64,000 bases of DNA from the NCBI GenBank assembly GCA_020723485.1, contig DYIU01000004.1, positions 27,057-91,056 of the forward strand. The letters run 5' to 3'. The stretch's first letter is position 1, and every line of letters begins with the position of its first letter. A program made the position numbers and the translations under genes. The notes below the pieces were generated by a model. The model saw only the letters and a program-made list of their open reading frames with translations. It did no database searches and was not told the DNA's origin. Below are positions 8,518-17,772 of this stretch, piece after piece. This DNA comes from Acidimicrobium ferrooxidans (GTDB lineage: Bacteria > Actinomycetota > Geothermincolia > Fen-727 > Anoxymicrobiaceae).

Positions 8518-10158
8518 CTATTGAGAGTGGCGAAAACCTGTCGTGGGGTGGTCTCGATTGCCGGCGAAGATGCCGTAGTCCGCGATCTTTGCCGCCGCCC
8601 GCACCGCCCTCTCGGGTGTCGGCGCGGAGAAGATTCCCTTGCTCTGGAGGCGGGCGGCCGCCGACATCTCACGCTCGTCCATGGCCACGGTGATGACCGG
8701 CTTGCCGGTCTTCTTCACCAGCTTCTGCAGCCTCCTGACCAGGGCAGTGTCGGTCCACTGCCAAGCTTCGTTCGGGTTCAGGCCGGAGGAGCTGAGCGTG
8801 CCCTGGGCGCCGCCCGTCCCACCGCCACCGGTCTTCTTCCCGCCCTGCTTGTAGAACGCCCCGAACGAGCCCCTCCACTGAGAGAAGACGAAGGACGGCA
8901 CCCGCTTCACGTGGTTGCGGAGCATGCTCAGGAACGGCTTCATGGCGCCGTGCACGATGCTGTCGATGAAGAACTGCTTGCCTAGCAGGGCTCCCATCAC
9001 TATCAGTATGTCTACCTCGTCACAGCTGACGAGCGCGTCGATCGTCTGGAAGTGGCTCGAGCGCCGGAGGTTTCCCACCAGGTCTACGGGATTGCCCCGG
9101 CTCCAGAACTCGGGGAGTACCCGGTCGAGTTCGCTGATGACCTCCGGCGGGAGCTCCGCGAGTTCGAGGCCCTCCCTCTCGCAGGCGTCCACGGCCACGA
9201 CTCCCCAGCCTCCGCCCATGGTCATGATCGCCACGCGCTTTCCGACGGCCCTGGGCAGGGCGTCGAAAGCCGCCACGATGTCGATGAACTCCTCGGAGTG
9301 CGCGGCCTCGACGATCCCGCCCTGCTCGAACATGCCCTCGAACAGCTCGGGCTGGCCTGCGAGCGCCCCGGAGTGCGATCTGGCCGCTCGCCCCCCCAGC
9401 TCTCCCCGGCCCCCCTTCAGCACCACTATCGGCTTGCGGGGAGAAACTTCCCTTGCCGCGTCGAGAAAAGCCCTTCCGTCCCTCAGGCCCTCCACATAAA
9501 GCGCTATCACGTCCGTCAGCGGGTCCTCGCCGAGGTACCTCAGGTAATCCGGCATGTCGGTGTTCGCCGCGTTGCCGCTGCCTACGAAGCGGCTGAAGCC
9601 GACTCCCCTGCTCTTTCCCCACCTGAGGAGCTGCACGCCCAGGTTGCCGCTCTGCGAGATGAAGCCGACCCCGCCCCGGATGGGGGTCACGGGGCTTCCC
9701 ATGGCGCAGAGCGAAGCCGAGGCGCTGTATATACCCATGGTGTTCGGGCCGATGACATTTATCCGCGCCTCGTTCGCGAACCGGGCGAGCCTCCTCTCGA
9801 GCTCGACACCCTCCGGTCCCACCTCGCTGAAGTTCGAGGAGACTACGACCACGTTCCTGACACCTATCTCCGCCGCGTCGCCGAGGACGTCCAGGACCCT
9901 GGCCGCCGGGATTGTGACTATTGCCAGCTCGACCGGCTCGGGGATGTCCTTGAGTGTCGGGTAAGACGGAAAGCCCAGGACGGTCTTCTCCCCGGGGTTC
10001 ACCATGAGTATCCGGCCGCGATACCCGCCCCCGAGTATGTTCACCGGTATGGTGAAACCCCATTTGCCGGGCACGTTCGAGGCTCCCACCACCGCGATCG
10101 ACCTGGGATCGAACAGCGTGCTGAAATCCCTCGGGAACTCCTGCCTCTCTTTCTCCAA
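8518..10158 (-). CDS. ADP-forming acyl-CoA synthetase alpha subunit (CoA-binding and ligase domains)
   Basis: PRSIAVVGAS..PGKWG, GPNTMG, SQSG, SHSGAL (phospho-His) and NPVD; no ATP-grasp domain. Confidence 0.85.
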   Translation of the reverse strand: MEKERQEFPRDFSTLFDPRSIAVVGASNVPGKWGFTIPVNILGGGYRGRILMVNPGEKTVLGFPSYPTLKDIPEPVELAIVTIPAARVLDVLGDAAEIGVRNVVVVSSNFSEVGPEGVELERRLARFANEARINVIGPNTMGIYSASASLCAMGSPVTPIRGGVGFISQSGNLGVQLLRWGKSRGVGFSRFVGSGNAANTDMPDYLRYLGEDPLTDVIALYVEGLRDGRAFLDAAREVSPRKPIVVLKGGRGELGGRAARSHSGALAGQPELFEGMFEQGGIVEAAHSEEFIDIVAAFDALPRAVGKRVAIMTMGGGWGVVAVDACEREGLELAELPPEVISELDRVLPEFWSRGNPVDLVGNLRRSSHFQTIDALVSCDEVDILIVMGALLGKQFFIDSIVHGAMKPFLSMLRNHVKRVPSFVFSQWRGSFGAFYKQGGKKTGGGGTGGAQGTLSSSGLNPNEAWQWTDTALVRRLQKLVKKTGKPVITVAMDEREMSAAARLQSKGIFSAPTPERAVRAAAKIADYGIFAGNRDHPTTGFRHSQ

Positions 10159-10213
10159 ACGACCCTCCAGAATCAGGTGACGTTTACGCTGGACCTGTTA
10201 TCCAGCTCGATGC

Positions 10214-11635
10214 TCAGAACTTGTACGGGCGGAACCTGCTGTTGAACGCCCTCCAGACCCGCAGCAGCCTCGGGCGCGAGTAGATCTTGGCCATGGCGAC
10301 CAGCCACAGCACCTCTCGAAGCGGCCTGTAGCCCCCGTATATGAGCAGGGCTGACCATGTGTGCCTGCGGCCGACCGCCCTCTTGCTGAAACCGGGCAGT
10401 TCCAGAACGGGCCGGCGTCTCTCGAGCTTGCTGTCGGGCGGCATCTCCAGGAGGCCCTGCTCCATACACATGTCGTAGAGCCTGGTGCCCGGGTATGGGA
10501 AGAACACGCTCAGGAGATACCAGTTCGGCCTGCAGGCGCGGTTCAGGCGCACCGTCTCCCTGAAGTCCTTCCTGGTCTCCCCCGGAAGCCCTATCAGGTT
10601 GTAGATGCCTACCTCCAGGCCGTGCTCCCTCGCCGAGGTGACGGCCCTGATGATGTCTTCGTTCGAGTAATTGCGCTTGAGCACGTCCCTGCGTATCCGC
10701 TCGCTGCCTGACTCGACCCCTATGTTGATGAAGCGGAAGTTGCTGTTCTGGAACGCGGTGAATAGGTCGTCGTAGCCCGTCCTGGGAGTGACCCTGAGGT
10801 TGGAACCGTACGCGATGGGCACCTCGAACTCGGAGTTGAGCTCCTCGAGCAGGGAGCACAGCTCGATGGCCCATTCCTGGTTGACGCCGAGGGTCTCGGC
10901 CTCGAGGTAGACCTCCTCCAGGAGCGGGAACCTGGTCTTTATGTCCTTTATCTCCTCGTAGACGTTGCGGGCCGAGCGCGTCCGGACGTAACGGCCGCCG
11001 GCCAGGTTGCTCAGGGCGTGGTTGCAGCAGTAGGTGCACTGGAACGGGCAGCCGCGCGCGGCCAGCACCGACGGCCTGGAAAGCGGATTGGCGAGCCACG
11101 GCAGCCACATGTCCCGGTCGGGGAACGGCAGCGAATCGAGGTCTTCGTTGAAGGGGCGCTGAGCGTTCCTCTCGACACCGTCCCCTGTCTTTATCTGCAG
11201 GTTGGCGATGCCCCGCGGAGCATCTCCGCGCTCGAGCTGCTCGACCAGCTCCAGGGTCGGGAACTCGCCCTCCCCGACGCACACCGCGTCGAAGGCTTTC
11301 TGAAGGCACTCCTCCGGCTTGAGCGAAGCGTGCGGCCCGCCCACCAGCAGGAATATCTCGGGGTGGTCCCTCTTCACCTTCCGGGCTACCCCGGACAGGA
11401 ACTCGAACTCGGTGTAGACGGACGTGAAGCACACCAGCTTCGGTCGGAACTCCCTTATGTGGCGCTCGACCTCGCTGTCGTTCATCCTGGTCGGCACGAC
11501 CAGCCTGGTGTCGTGGCCCCTGCTCTTGAGCAGCGAGGAGATGTAGGAGATGCCGAACTGCATCCGCTCGTACCCGTCGAGCGGTTTCTCCTCGGAGTAG
11601 TTGTCCTCCTCCGAATGCACGAATAATACGTTCAT
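10214..11635 (-). CDS. B12-binding radical SAM protein
   Basis: GGPHAS, GEGE, RGCPFQCTYC, GVESGS, GLPGET and PYPGT; ATG at 11635. Confidence 0.9.
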   Translation of the reverse strand: MNVLFVHSEEDNYSEEKPLDGYERMQFGISYISSLLKSRGHDTRLVVPTRMNDSEVERHIREFRPKLVCFTSVYTEFEFLSGVARKVKRDHPEIFLLVGGPHASLKPEECLQKAFDAVCVGEGEFPTLELVEQLERGDAPRGIANLQIKTGDGVERNAQRPFNEDLDSLPFPDRDMWLPWLANPLSRPSVLAARGCPFQCTYCCNHALSNLAGGRYVRTRSARNVYEEIKDIKTRFPLLEEVYLEAETLGVNQEWAIELCSLLEELNSEFEVPIAYGSNLRVTPRTGYDDLFTAFQNSNFRFINIGVESGSERIRRDVLKRNYSNEDIIRAVTSAREHGLEVGIYNLIGLPGETRKDFRETVRLNRACRPNWYLLSVFFPYPGTRLYDMCMEQGLLEMPPDSKLERRRPVLELPGFSKRAVGRRHTWSALLIYGGYRPLREVLWLVAMAKIYSRPRLLRVWRAFNSRFRPYKF

Positions 11636-11747
11636 GTTTCCTTTCAGGTCGCATCGCGCCGGAACTGACGGTTCGGGGCGCCTTGGCATATTATAGAGAA
11701 CAATCGGTCGGAGCGCCGGGCCGGCGCCTTGGACGGCGATATCGGAG

Positions 11748-12197
11748 GTGGTTCTTGTGGTTGAGCCCGGTAAGGTCGAGGGCGAGCAGGAGAATAAGCC
11801 AAGGAGGCGCGGCCTCTGGATAGCGCTCATTTGCGTCGTCGTCATCATAGTCGCAGTCGCGGCGGCCGCGGGGATATACGCCATCGTCTTCAGCTCGGCC
11901 GCCAGCAGGCTCGAGGTAGGAAACGTCGACCTGTCGCGCGTTCCCGACGGCACGTACGAGGGCTCCTTCCGCCTCTATCACGACAGCGCGGTGGTCCGGG
12001 TGGTCGTGAAGGACCACCGTATCGACGAGGTCACTGTCGTCATCAAACCGTCAGGATTCGAGGAGTATGGCGAAGAGATCGTCGAGAGGGTCCTCCGAGA
12101 GCAGGCTATCGACATTGACACCGTCAGCGGCTCGACCACCAGCCAGAAGGTGATCTTGAGGGCGATCCAGGACGCCCTCTCCGGCCAGCAGGACTGA
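11748..12197 (+). CDS. membrane-anchored FMN-binding (flavinylation) domain protein
   Basis: TM helix, DGTYEGS and DTVSGSTTSQ flavinylation motif. Confidence 0.85.
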   Translation: MVLVVEPGKVEGEQENKPRRRGLWIALICVVVIIVAVAAAAGIYAIVFSSAASRLEVGNVDLSRVPDGTYEGSFRLYHDSAVVRVVVKDHRIDEVTVVIKPSGFEEYGEEIVERVLREQAIDIDTVSGSTTSQKVILRAIQDALSGQQD

Positions 12198-12233
12198 ACG
12201 CGGACGGCCCCTGATGATAAGCGGAGGTGGGAC

Positions 12234-12698
12234 ATGAAAGCAGCAGTCGTTTACCAGTCCAGGTGGGGCAACAACCAACGAATCGCCCAGGCAATCACCC
12301 GTGGCCTGTCAGAAGGCGGCGCGGATGCGACGCTGATAGAGGTGGATGACGCTGGTGGACTAGCGCCCGACGTGGACCTCCTCGTGGTGGGAGCTCCCAC
12401 GCGCGCCGGCCGCGCGACCGGCAAAATAAAGAAGTTCATCAAGCACGAGGTCGGCGGCGCCTGGGCGGGCAAGAGCTTCGCCGCGTTCGGCACGGGCCTC
12501 AAGGACAGGGGCGAGAAGGTGGAACCCAAGGGCGCGGACGACGTGTTCACGCGCCTCGAGGCCGCCGGTCTAAAGCCGGCCGCGCCTGCTTTCAAGGCGA
12601 CGGTCGCCGCCATGAAGGGTCCGCTCCTGGAGGACGAGGCCGAGCGCGCGCAGGAGTTCGGCAGGAAACTCGCAGCCGGCCTTGCCTCCGGCGGCTGA
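12234..12698 (+). CDS. flavodoxin family protein
   Basis: VVYQSRWGNN, VGAPT and AAFGT; GGAGG RBS. Confidence 0.85.
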   Translation: MKAAVVYQSRWGNNQRIAQAITRGLSEGGADATLIEVDDAGGLAPDVDLLVVGAPTRAGRATGKIKKFIKHEVGGAWAGKSFAAFGTGLKDRGEKVEPKGADDVFTRLEAAGLKPAAPAFKATVAAMKGPLLEDEAERAQEFGRKLAAGLASGG

Positions 12699-12707
12699 GG
12701 GGCTTAT

Positions 12708-13574
12708 TTGAACACCCTGGATTCCCTGAGGATGGTCCTCGCCTGGGTCATCGCCTACCTGAAATTCGTTTTATGGACTCTCCGCGCCCGGCCCCGCGAC
12801 AGCCGGGGAAGGGTGACGGTGGGCGACCTGAGTCTCTTCTTCCGCCGTTACGGGGCGGGTGAGCCGGTTCTCCTCCTGCACGGCGGATTCAGCTTCTCGG
12901 AGATGTGGGCCGGCCAGGTACCGGCGCTCTCCGCCAGCTACGAGGTGACGGCGGTCGACTCGCCCGGCCACGGCCGCAGCACGCTGGGGAGCGACCCCCT
13001 CACCTACCGGGGTATGGCTCGTGACTTCGCCGCGCTCATCGAGGAGCTGGGGCTCGGGCAGGTGCACCTGGTCGGATGGAGCGACGGGGGCTGCGTGAGC
13101 CTGGCGCTCGCGCTCCAGCGCCCGGAGCTCGTACGCAGCATGACGCTGCTCGGCACCCCGTTCAACTTCGACAACTACGCGCCCGGGGCCGTGGAGGCGA
13201 TCGCCGATTTCCTTGCGCCGGGCTCGCCGGAGCTCCGGGGCATGCGAGTCATGAACCTCCTCATGAGTCCTGAGCCCGGGCGGTGGCGTGAGTTCATCGA
13301 GAAGATGACTGAGATGTGGACCCATCTACCCGACTTCACCATCGAGGAGCTCGGCGGCATCAATGTCCCGACCCTCGTGATTGGGTGCGACCGTGACGAG
13401 TTTCTCTCGCAGGGTGCCGACCCACTGAGGGTGTTCAAAGAGACCGCCGACGCGATCCCGGGCGCGATGCTGGCGGTGATAAGGGGTGGCACCCACAGCG
13501 TGAACGTCGAGAAGCCGGCCGAGCTCAACCGCGTCCTGCTGGATTTTCTGTCATCCGTGCCCGCTAGCTCCTGA
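12708..13574 (+). CDS. alpha/beta hydrolase
   Basis: LLHGG, DSPGHGRS, GWSDGG nucleophile elbow and GTH. Confidence 0.9.
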   Translation: MNTLDSLRMVLAWVIAYLKFVLWTLRARPRDSRGRVTVGDLSLFFRRYGAGEPVLLLHGGFSFSEMWAGQVPALSASYEVTAVDSPGHGRSTLGSDPLTYRGMARDFAALIEELGLGQVHLVGWSDGGCVSLALALQRPELVRSMTLLGTPFNFDNYAPGAVEAIADFLAPGSPELRGMRVMNLLMSPEPGRWREFIEKMTEMWTHLPDFTIEELGGINVPTLVIGCDRDEFLSQGADPLRVFKETADAIPGAMLAVIRGGTHSVNVEKPAELNRVLLDFLSSVPASS

Positions 13575-14754
13575 AATCGAAGTCGCCGTTCAAGAGGCGC
13601 CTGAGCATCACTTCGAGGGAATGCTTCTGGAGCGTGGGGACCACGCCGCCGCCGGCCTGCCACGCCAGGATTCCGCGGGTTACCTTGAGCATCATCAGGG
13701 GACTTAGCTTGAACAGCGTTTCGCGCAGCTCGGGACGGGCGCGCCCCGTCATCACCGCGGGCAGCATCCATTCCTTCGCGGTCCTCGCACGCTCCGGCCT
13801 GACACTCTCCCTGTAGAGGGGACCGGGGGCCGACGCGCCAGACGAGGCCGCCGCCGCCCCGGCGAGGTGGCCTGTGGCAAGCGCGGAGGAGATGCCTTCA
13901 CCCATGGAGTTTGCAAAGCCCGCCGCCTCTCCAACCACCAGAACCCTGTCCGTTCCAAGGCAGAACCGGTTCATGGCGGAGGGAAAGCACACCTTGCAGC
14001 CGAGCTTCATGACCGGTTCGGCCGGCCTGAAGCCGTACTCCCGGGACAGCATCTCCTGGAACGCCGACCGCGCGTCGGCAAGGCTCTTGCCCGGGCGCAC
14101 CGAGGTGTCCGTCACCACGAGGTCGTCCTTGACGTACACAGCGGGGTAGGCGCCGAACTCCGGCGAGACGAACACGTGGAGGTACCCCGGCTCGAGCGAT
14201 ATCTCCGTGCGGAAATACTGCTGGGTCGTGTTGACCATGGGGACTCCGGCAAGGAAAGACGGGTCGAGCTTGAGCGGCACCATGGTGAAGCAGCCTACCG
14301 CCGCAATCATCACCCGGGAGTTCACCCGGAGCTCCTGTCCGTTCCTCCGGCACACCAGTTCGACGCGGTCGCGCCACTCCGCGAAGTCCACGAGCCTCGT
14401 TTGGTCCATAACCCGCGCGCCCGACTCTGCGCAGAGCCACGCGTCGAACCGTTCACGCCAGATGTTCTCACCCGCCACGGGTACGTCCAGGAGCGCCCCG
14501 CCGGGAAGCCGCACCTTTACCCCTCCGACCCTTTGCGGCTCGGCCCTGACCTCGTCCGGCATCGGGCCGAAATGCGCCCCCAGCGGCCCCAGCGCTTCGG
14601 CGAACAGGTATCCCGAGCACGGCTTCGGCCTGGGTATGTGTTTGGCCTCCAGAAGGACGGTATCGAGCCCGCCCGCGACCGCTGCCTTCGCCGCCGCCGC
14701 GCCGGCGGGTCCGCCACCCACCACGACGACGTTACATCTCAAGTCTTCGGTCAT
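13564..14754 (-). CDS. geranylgeranyl-reductase-family FAD oxidoreductase
   Basis: VVGGGPAG, PRPKPCSG, R..FDAWL and VGEAAGF...GEGI. Confidence 0.85.
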   Translation of the reverse strand: MTEDLRCNVVVVGGGPAGAAAAKAAVAGGLDTVLLEAKHIPRPKPCSGYLFAEALGPLGAHFGPMPDEVRAEPQRVGGVKVRLPGGALLDVPVAGENIWRERFDAWLCAESGARVMDQTRLVDFAEWRDRVELVCRRNGQELRVNSRVMIAAVGCFTMVPLKLDPSFLAGVPMVNTTQQYFRTEISLEPGYLHVFVSPEFGAYPAVYVKDDLVVTDTSVRPGKSLADARSAFQEMLSREYGFRPAEPVMKLGCKVCFPSAMNRFCLGTDRVLVVGEAAGFANSMGEGISSALATGHLAGAAAASSGASAPGPLYRESVRPERARTAKEWMLPAVMTGRARPELRETLFKLSPLMMLKVTRGILAWQAGGGVVPTLQKHSLEVMLRRLLNGDFDFRS

Positions 14755-14761
14755 CGAGCTT

Positions 14762-15112
14762 TCACCCGGCCAGCTTCATGAACCACAGGGCGTACTTGAA
14801 ATTGCCGAGGATGCGGAGCTTCGAGCTGCCTATGGCTGAGTACACGTCCAGCTCGTTCTTCGAGAGCATGGTCCGGGCGGCCGTCTCGGCGTCGCGCCAT
14901 ACCAGTTGAGTGTCGGCGGCGGGGTCCGTGCCGCGCCTCGCCCAGGCCCTCCCCTTGCCAACGTGGTACGACCGCGCCCGGCAGCCGTCGGCCGTCCTTA
15001 TCACCAGCACGAAGCGCTCCATTCGCAGCAGCTTGCGGAACTCGGCGCTCGCAAGCCCCGAGATCCTCAGCTTCGCGCCTATCGCGAAGAGCAGTACCGA
15101 GAACTTCACCAT
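14762..15112 (-). CDS. SCP2-like lipid-binding domain protein
   Basis: Small alpha/beta protein ending AIGSSKLRILGNFKYALWF, which resembles the SCP2 C-terminus. Confidence 0.6.
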   Translation of the reverse strand: MVKFSVLLFAIGAKLRISGLASAEFRKLLRMERFVLVIRTADGCRARSYHVGKGRAWARRGTDPAADTQLVWRDAETAARTMLSKNELDVYSAIGSSKLRILGNFKYALWFMKLAG

Positions 15113-15132
15113 CTTCCTCCGTATCCGGGCGC

Positions 15133-16416
15133 CTACAGGTACGGCCTGACGCTCTCAATCGTTATCTCGCCGCGCTCGACGAGCGGCACGACCTCCCGCA
15201 GGGAGTCCACGAACCTGTCCACGACCTCGTCCGTCACCGGGTCGACCAGTATCTTGATGAGAGGGGGCTGGAAGCCGGGCAGGCAGTACACCTTCCGCTC
15301 GAACAGGCCCCCGATGACCGCGAAGATGTCCATCCCCTCCGGGACCTGGAACACCAGGGGCGTTAGGTCCGTCTCCCAGCACTTCACGCCGTCAACGGAG
15401 TTGATGCCCTCGATGTACCGACGGCGGACCTCCAGGCAGCGCTTTGCCAGCTCAACGTACCCGTCCTCGCCGAGGAACTTCATCACCGCCCACGCCGAGG
15501 CCACGCTTCCCGCGGTGGTCGAGCCCATGATGGCCTCGGTGCTGTACGGCCCGTCCGGCCAGTCACTGGCCGTGAAATCGTGGTACCGCGCCCACTCCTC
15601 GGTCCTGAACGAGATACTCGAGAGGGGTTTGCAAGCGTACCCGTACTTGTGCAGGTCGGCCGATATGCTCCTCACCCCCGGCACCCGAAAGTCCCTTGCC
15701 GGGAGCCGGCGCCCCGCCTTCTCGATGAACGGCGCGAGGAACCCGCCGAGGCAGGCGTCCACGTGCATCCAGATGCCGTGTTTCTCAGCCCCCCGCGCCA
15801 GTCCTTCGATGTCGTCGTACAGGCCGTACGGCCAGCAGGGGGCCGAGCCGGCGATGAAGAATGTGTCCTTCGTTATCGCGCGGTCCATCGCGGCGACGTC
15901 CGCGCGGTAATCGTCACCCAGCTGCACCCGCTTCAGCCTGATTCCCGTATAGTGGCACCACTTGGAGATGGACCCGTGGATGGAGTAGGGCACCACTATC
16001 TCCGGCTCCCGCGCCCGCGGCCGCTCCTGCCGGAACCACTGGTACGCCGCGTTGATGGCGCAGTACAGGCTCTCGGACCCGCCGGACGTGAGCCGCACCC
16101 TCGCGCTGTCGGGATGTCCCAGCATCTCCTTTATCATCCGCTTGACCTCGACCGACATGCGCAGGGTCCCCGGCTGAAGCTCCTTGTACAGCATGTTGTT
16201 CCTGACGAACATCATGTTCGCCTGCTTCGCGATGCGAGCGGCGTCCATGTGGCTCATGAGCTGGACGCCGTACACGATAGAGTGGCCGACTATCCTGTCG
16301 AGGTCCTTCTTCTCGAAGGCCTCCAGCCCGTCCATCACCGCTTTCTCGTCGAGGCCCTGCTTCGGGAAGAGGTCCGAATCGAACCGAGGCTCCTCACCGG
16401 CTCCGAAGTATCCCAT
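15133..16416 (-). CDS. group II PLP enzyme, sphingosine-1-phosphate lyase-like
   Basis: TSGGSES, GSAPCWPYG..DDI, HVDACLGGF and SISADLHKYGY (PLP Lys). Confidence 0.85.
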   Translation of the reverse strand: MGYFGAGEEPRFDSDLFPKQGLDEKAVMDGLEAFEKKDLDRIVGHSIVYGVQLMSHMDAARIAKQANMMFVRNNMLYKELQPGTLRMSVEVKRMIKEMLGHPDSARVRLTSGGSESLYCAINAAYQWFRQERPRAREPEIVVPYSIHGSISKWCHYTGIRLKRVQLGDDYRADVAAMDRAITKDTFFIAGSAPCWPYGLYDDIEGLARGAEKHGIWMHVDACLGGFLAPFIEKAGRRLPARDFRVPGVRSISADLHKYGYACKPLSSISFRTEEWARYHDFTASDWPDGPYSTEAIMGSTTAGSVASAWAVMKFLGEDGYVELAKRCLEVRRRYIEGINSVDGVKCWETDLTPLVFQVPEGMDIFAVIGGLFERKVYCLPGFQPPLIKILVDPVTDEVVDRFVDSLREVVPLVERGEITIESVRPYL

Positions 16417-16447
16417 CTCTCCTCCACAAAAAGGCTCTAAGGTAGGT

Positions 16448-17614
16448 TCAGAACAGCTTTATCACGTAGGCGACGCCTATCCCCAGGTACGTGCCGATGA
16501 CCCAGCCTATGATGCCGGTTATGACCCCGGTGACCACTATCTCCTTGTTCTTGAGCGCAGCGGCCACCATGGGCACGAAAGGCGGGGACATCACGCCCGC
16601 GACGGACGTGATTATCACAGTGTCGGCGTCTATCTTGAAGAAGCTCGCGAACAGCACGTGGAGGAACAGCCCCACGAACACGGCCCAGGCGACCAGCCCG
16701 AGCATGGCCGGAGTGGTGCTGAACAGCTCCTCCAGGTCGGACATCGAGGCTATCACCAGCACGAAGACCAGTATGAAATACTGGCCCAGCTGGTAGGTCA
16801 TCGGGATACGTCTGATCCGGGAGCTGAAAGAAGCGAGTATCCCGAGTGTGCATACGACCAGCACGGCGACCATCATCTCCCAGTCCTTAGGGAAGATAAA
16901 CGTGGTGGCGAGGCCGACGACGACTATCAGGGCGGCGAGCCCGAACCCGCCCAGCAGGGGCACGAACTTCTCGCGGCTGAAGAACCCGTCGTAGCTCTCG
17001 TAGTCCTGTATCTCCATCTTCTCTTCATCCGTCTCCGCCGGCTTGAAGGGGGGGAGGAACTTGAGCAGTATCCGCTGCAGGACGGTTATCACCAGCAGGA
17101 GGTACAGCGCGCCCACGGCGACGTCGGATATCTGGGCCGAGGCGAACACGGTCTTGTTGACGTCGAGGGCGGTCCCGATGGCGGCGAGATTGATGGTACC
17201 GCCGGTATAGCAGCCGATGAGCATGCCGCCCACCTTCCAGGTCTCGCCCCCTATCAAGTTCCTGAAGATGAGGTACCCGGTCGAAGCCGAGATGATGACC
17301 GCCACCGTCTCCAGGCCGAACGACAGCATCGACTTACCGGCCAGCCTCGACCACTTCCTTATGTCAATGGAGAAGAATATGAGGGGAAGGGCCAGGCCGA
17401 TGGAGACGATGAAGATGATGTCCTGAACGCCTGAGAACTTCCTCGGAACCAGGTCGATGGCGCCCCGGGTCAGGAACTCGAGGTTCCCGAGCAGCAGTCC
17501 GGCAATGTAGCACAGCACGACGCCGCCCACGTTCTTCAGGACGGGGAACCTGTGGACCAGGTAGATTACGAGCACCGGAAAGAGGAAGTAGAACGCTAAC
17601 CACGCGATCGCCAT
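16448..17614 (-). CDS. DUF819-like multi-pass membrane protein
   Basis: About 11 TM helices; GCYTGGTINL, SVAG..SPPFVP and GI..G..G..IGTYLG. Confidence 0.8.
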   Translation of the reverse strand: MAIAWLAFYFLFPVLVIYLVHRFPVLKNVGGVVLCYIAGLLLGNLEFLTRGAIDLVPRKFSGVQDIIFIVSIGLALPLIFFSIDIRKWSRLAGKSMLSFGLETVAVIISASTGYLIFRNLIGGETWKVGGMLIGCYTGGTINLAAIGTALDVNKTVFASAQISDVAVGALYLLLVITVLQRILLKFLPPFKPAETDEEKMEIQDYESYDGFFSREKFVPLLGGFGLAALIVVVGLATTFIFPKDWEMMVAVLVVCTLGILASFSSRIRRIPMTYQLGQYFILVFVLVIASMSDLEELFSTTPAMLGLVAWAVFVGLFLHVLFASFFKIDADTVIITSVAGVMSPPFVPMVAAALKNKEIVVTGVITGIIGWVIGTYLGIGVAYVIKLF

Positions 17615-17735
17615 GTCCCGCTCCTGACATCCCAGGCCCACCGCTCCGGCTGACGATAATCTAGCATGAATCACCGCAGCCGGCACGCGGGCAAGCGCCC
17701 GGCCCGGCCGACCAGGGGCCCCACGGCGCCCGCGT

Positions 17736-17751
17736 GTTATGATTTCATAAC
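17736..17751. promoter_or_regulatory. palindromic operator candidate overlapping an extended -10 (TGtTATGAT)
   Basis: GTTATGA-TT-TCATAAC 7-2-7 inverted repeat in the divergent DUF819/acylase intergenic region. Confidence 0.5.
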
Positions 17752-17772
17752 GCCGACGCCAGCACAGTCAGG

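Noticed and set aside
10214..11953. Extended N-termini from the ORF track (radical SAM; also 66-923, ppdK, dnaG, dgt, tetR)
   Set aside because: They overlap neighbouring genes or palindromes; downstream starts with better RBS and domain boundaries were used.
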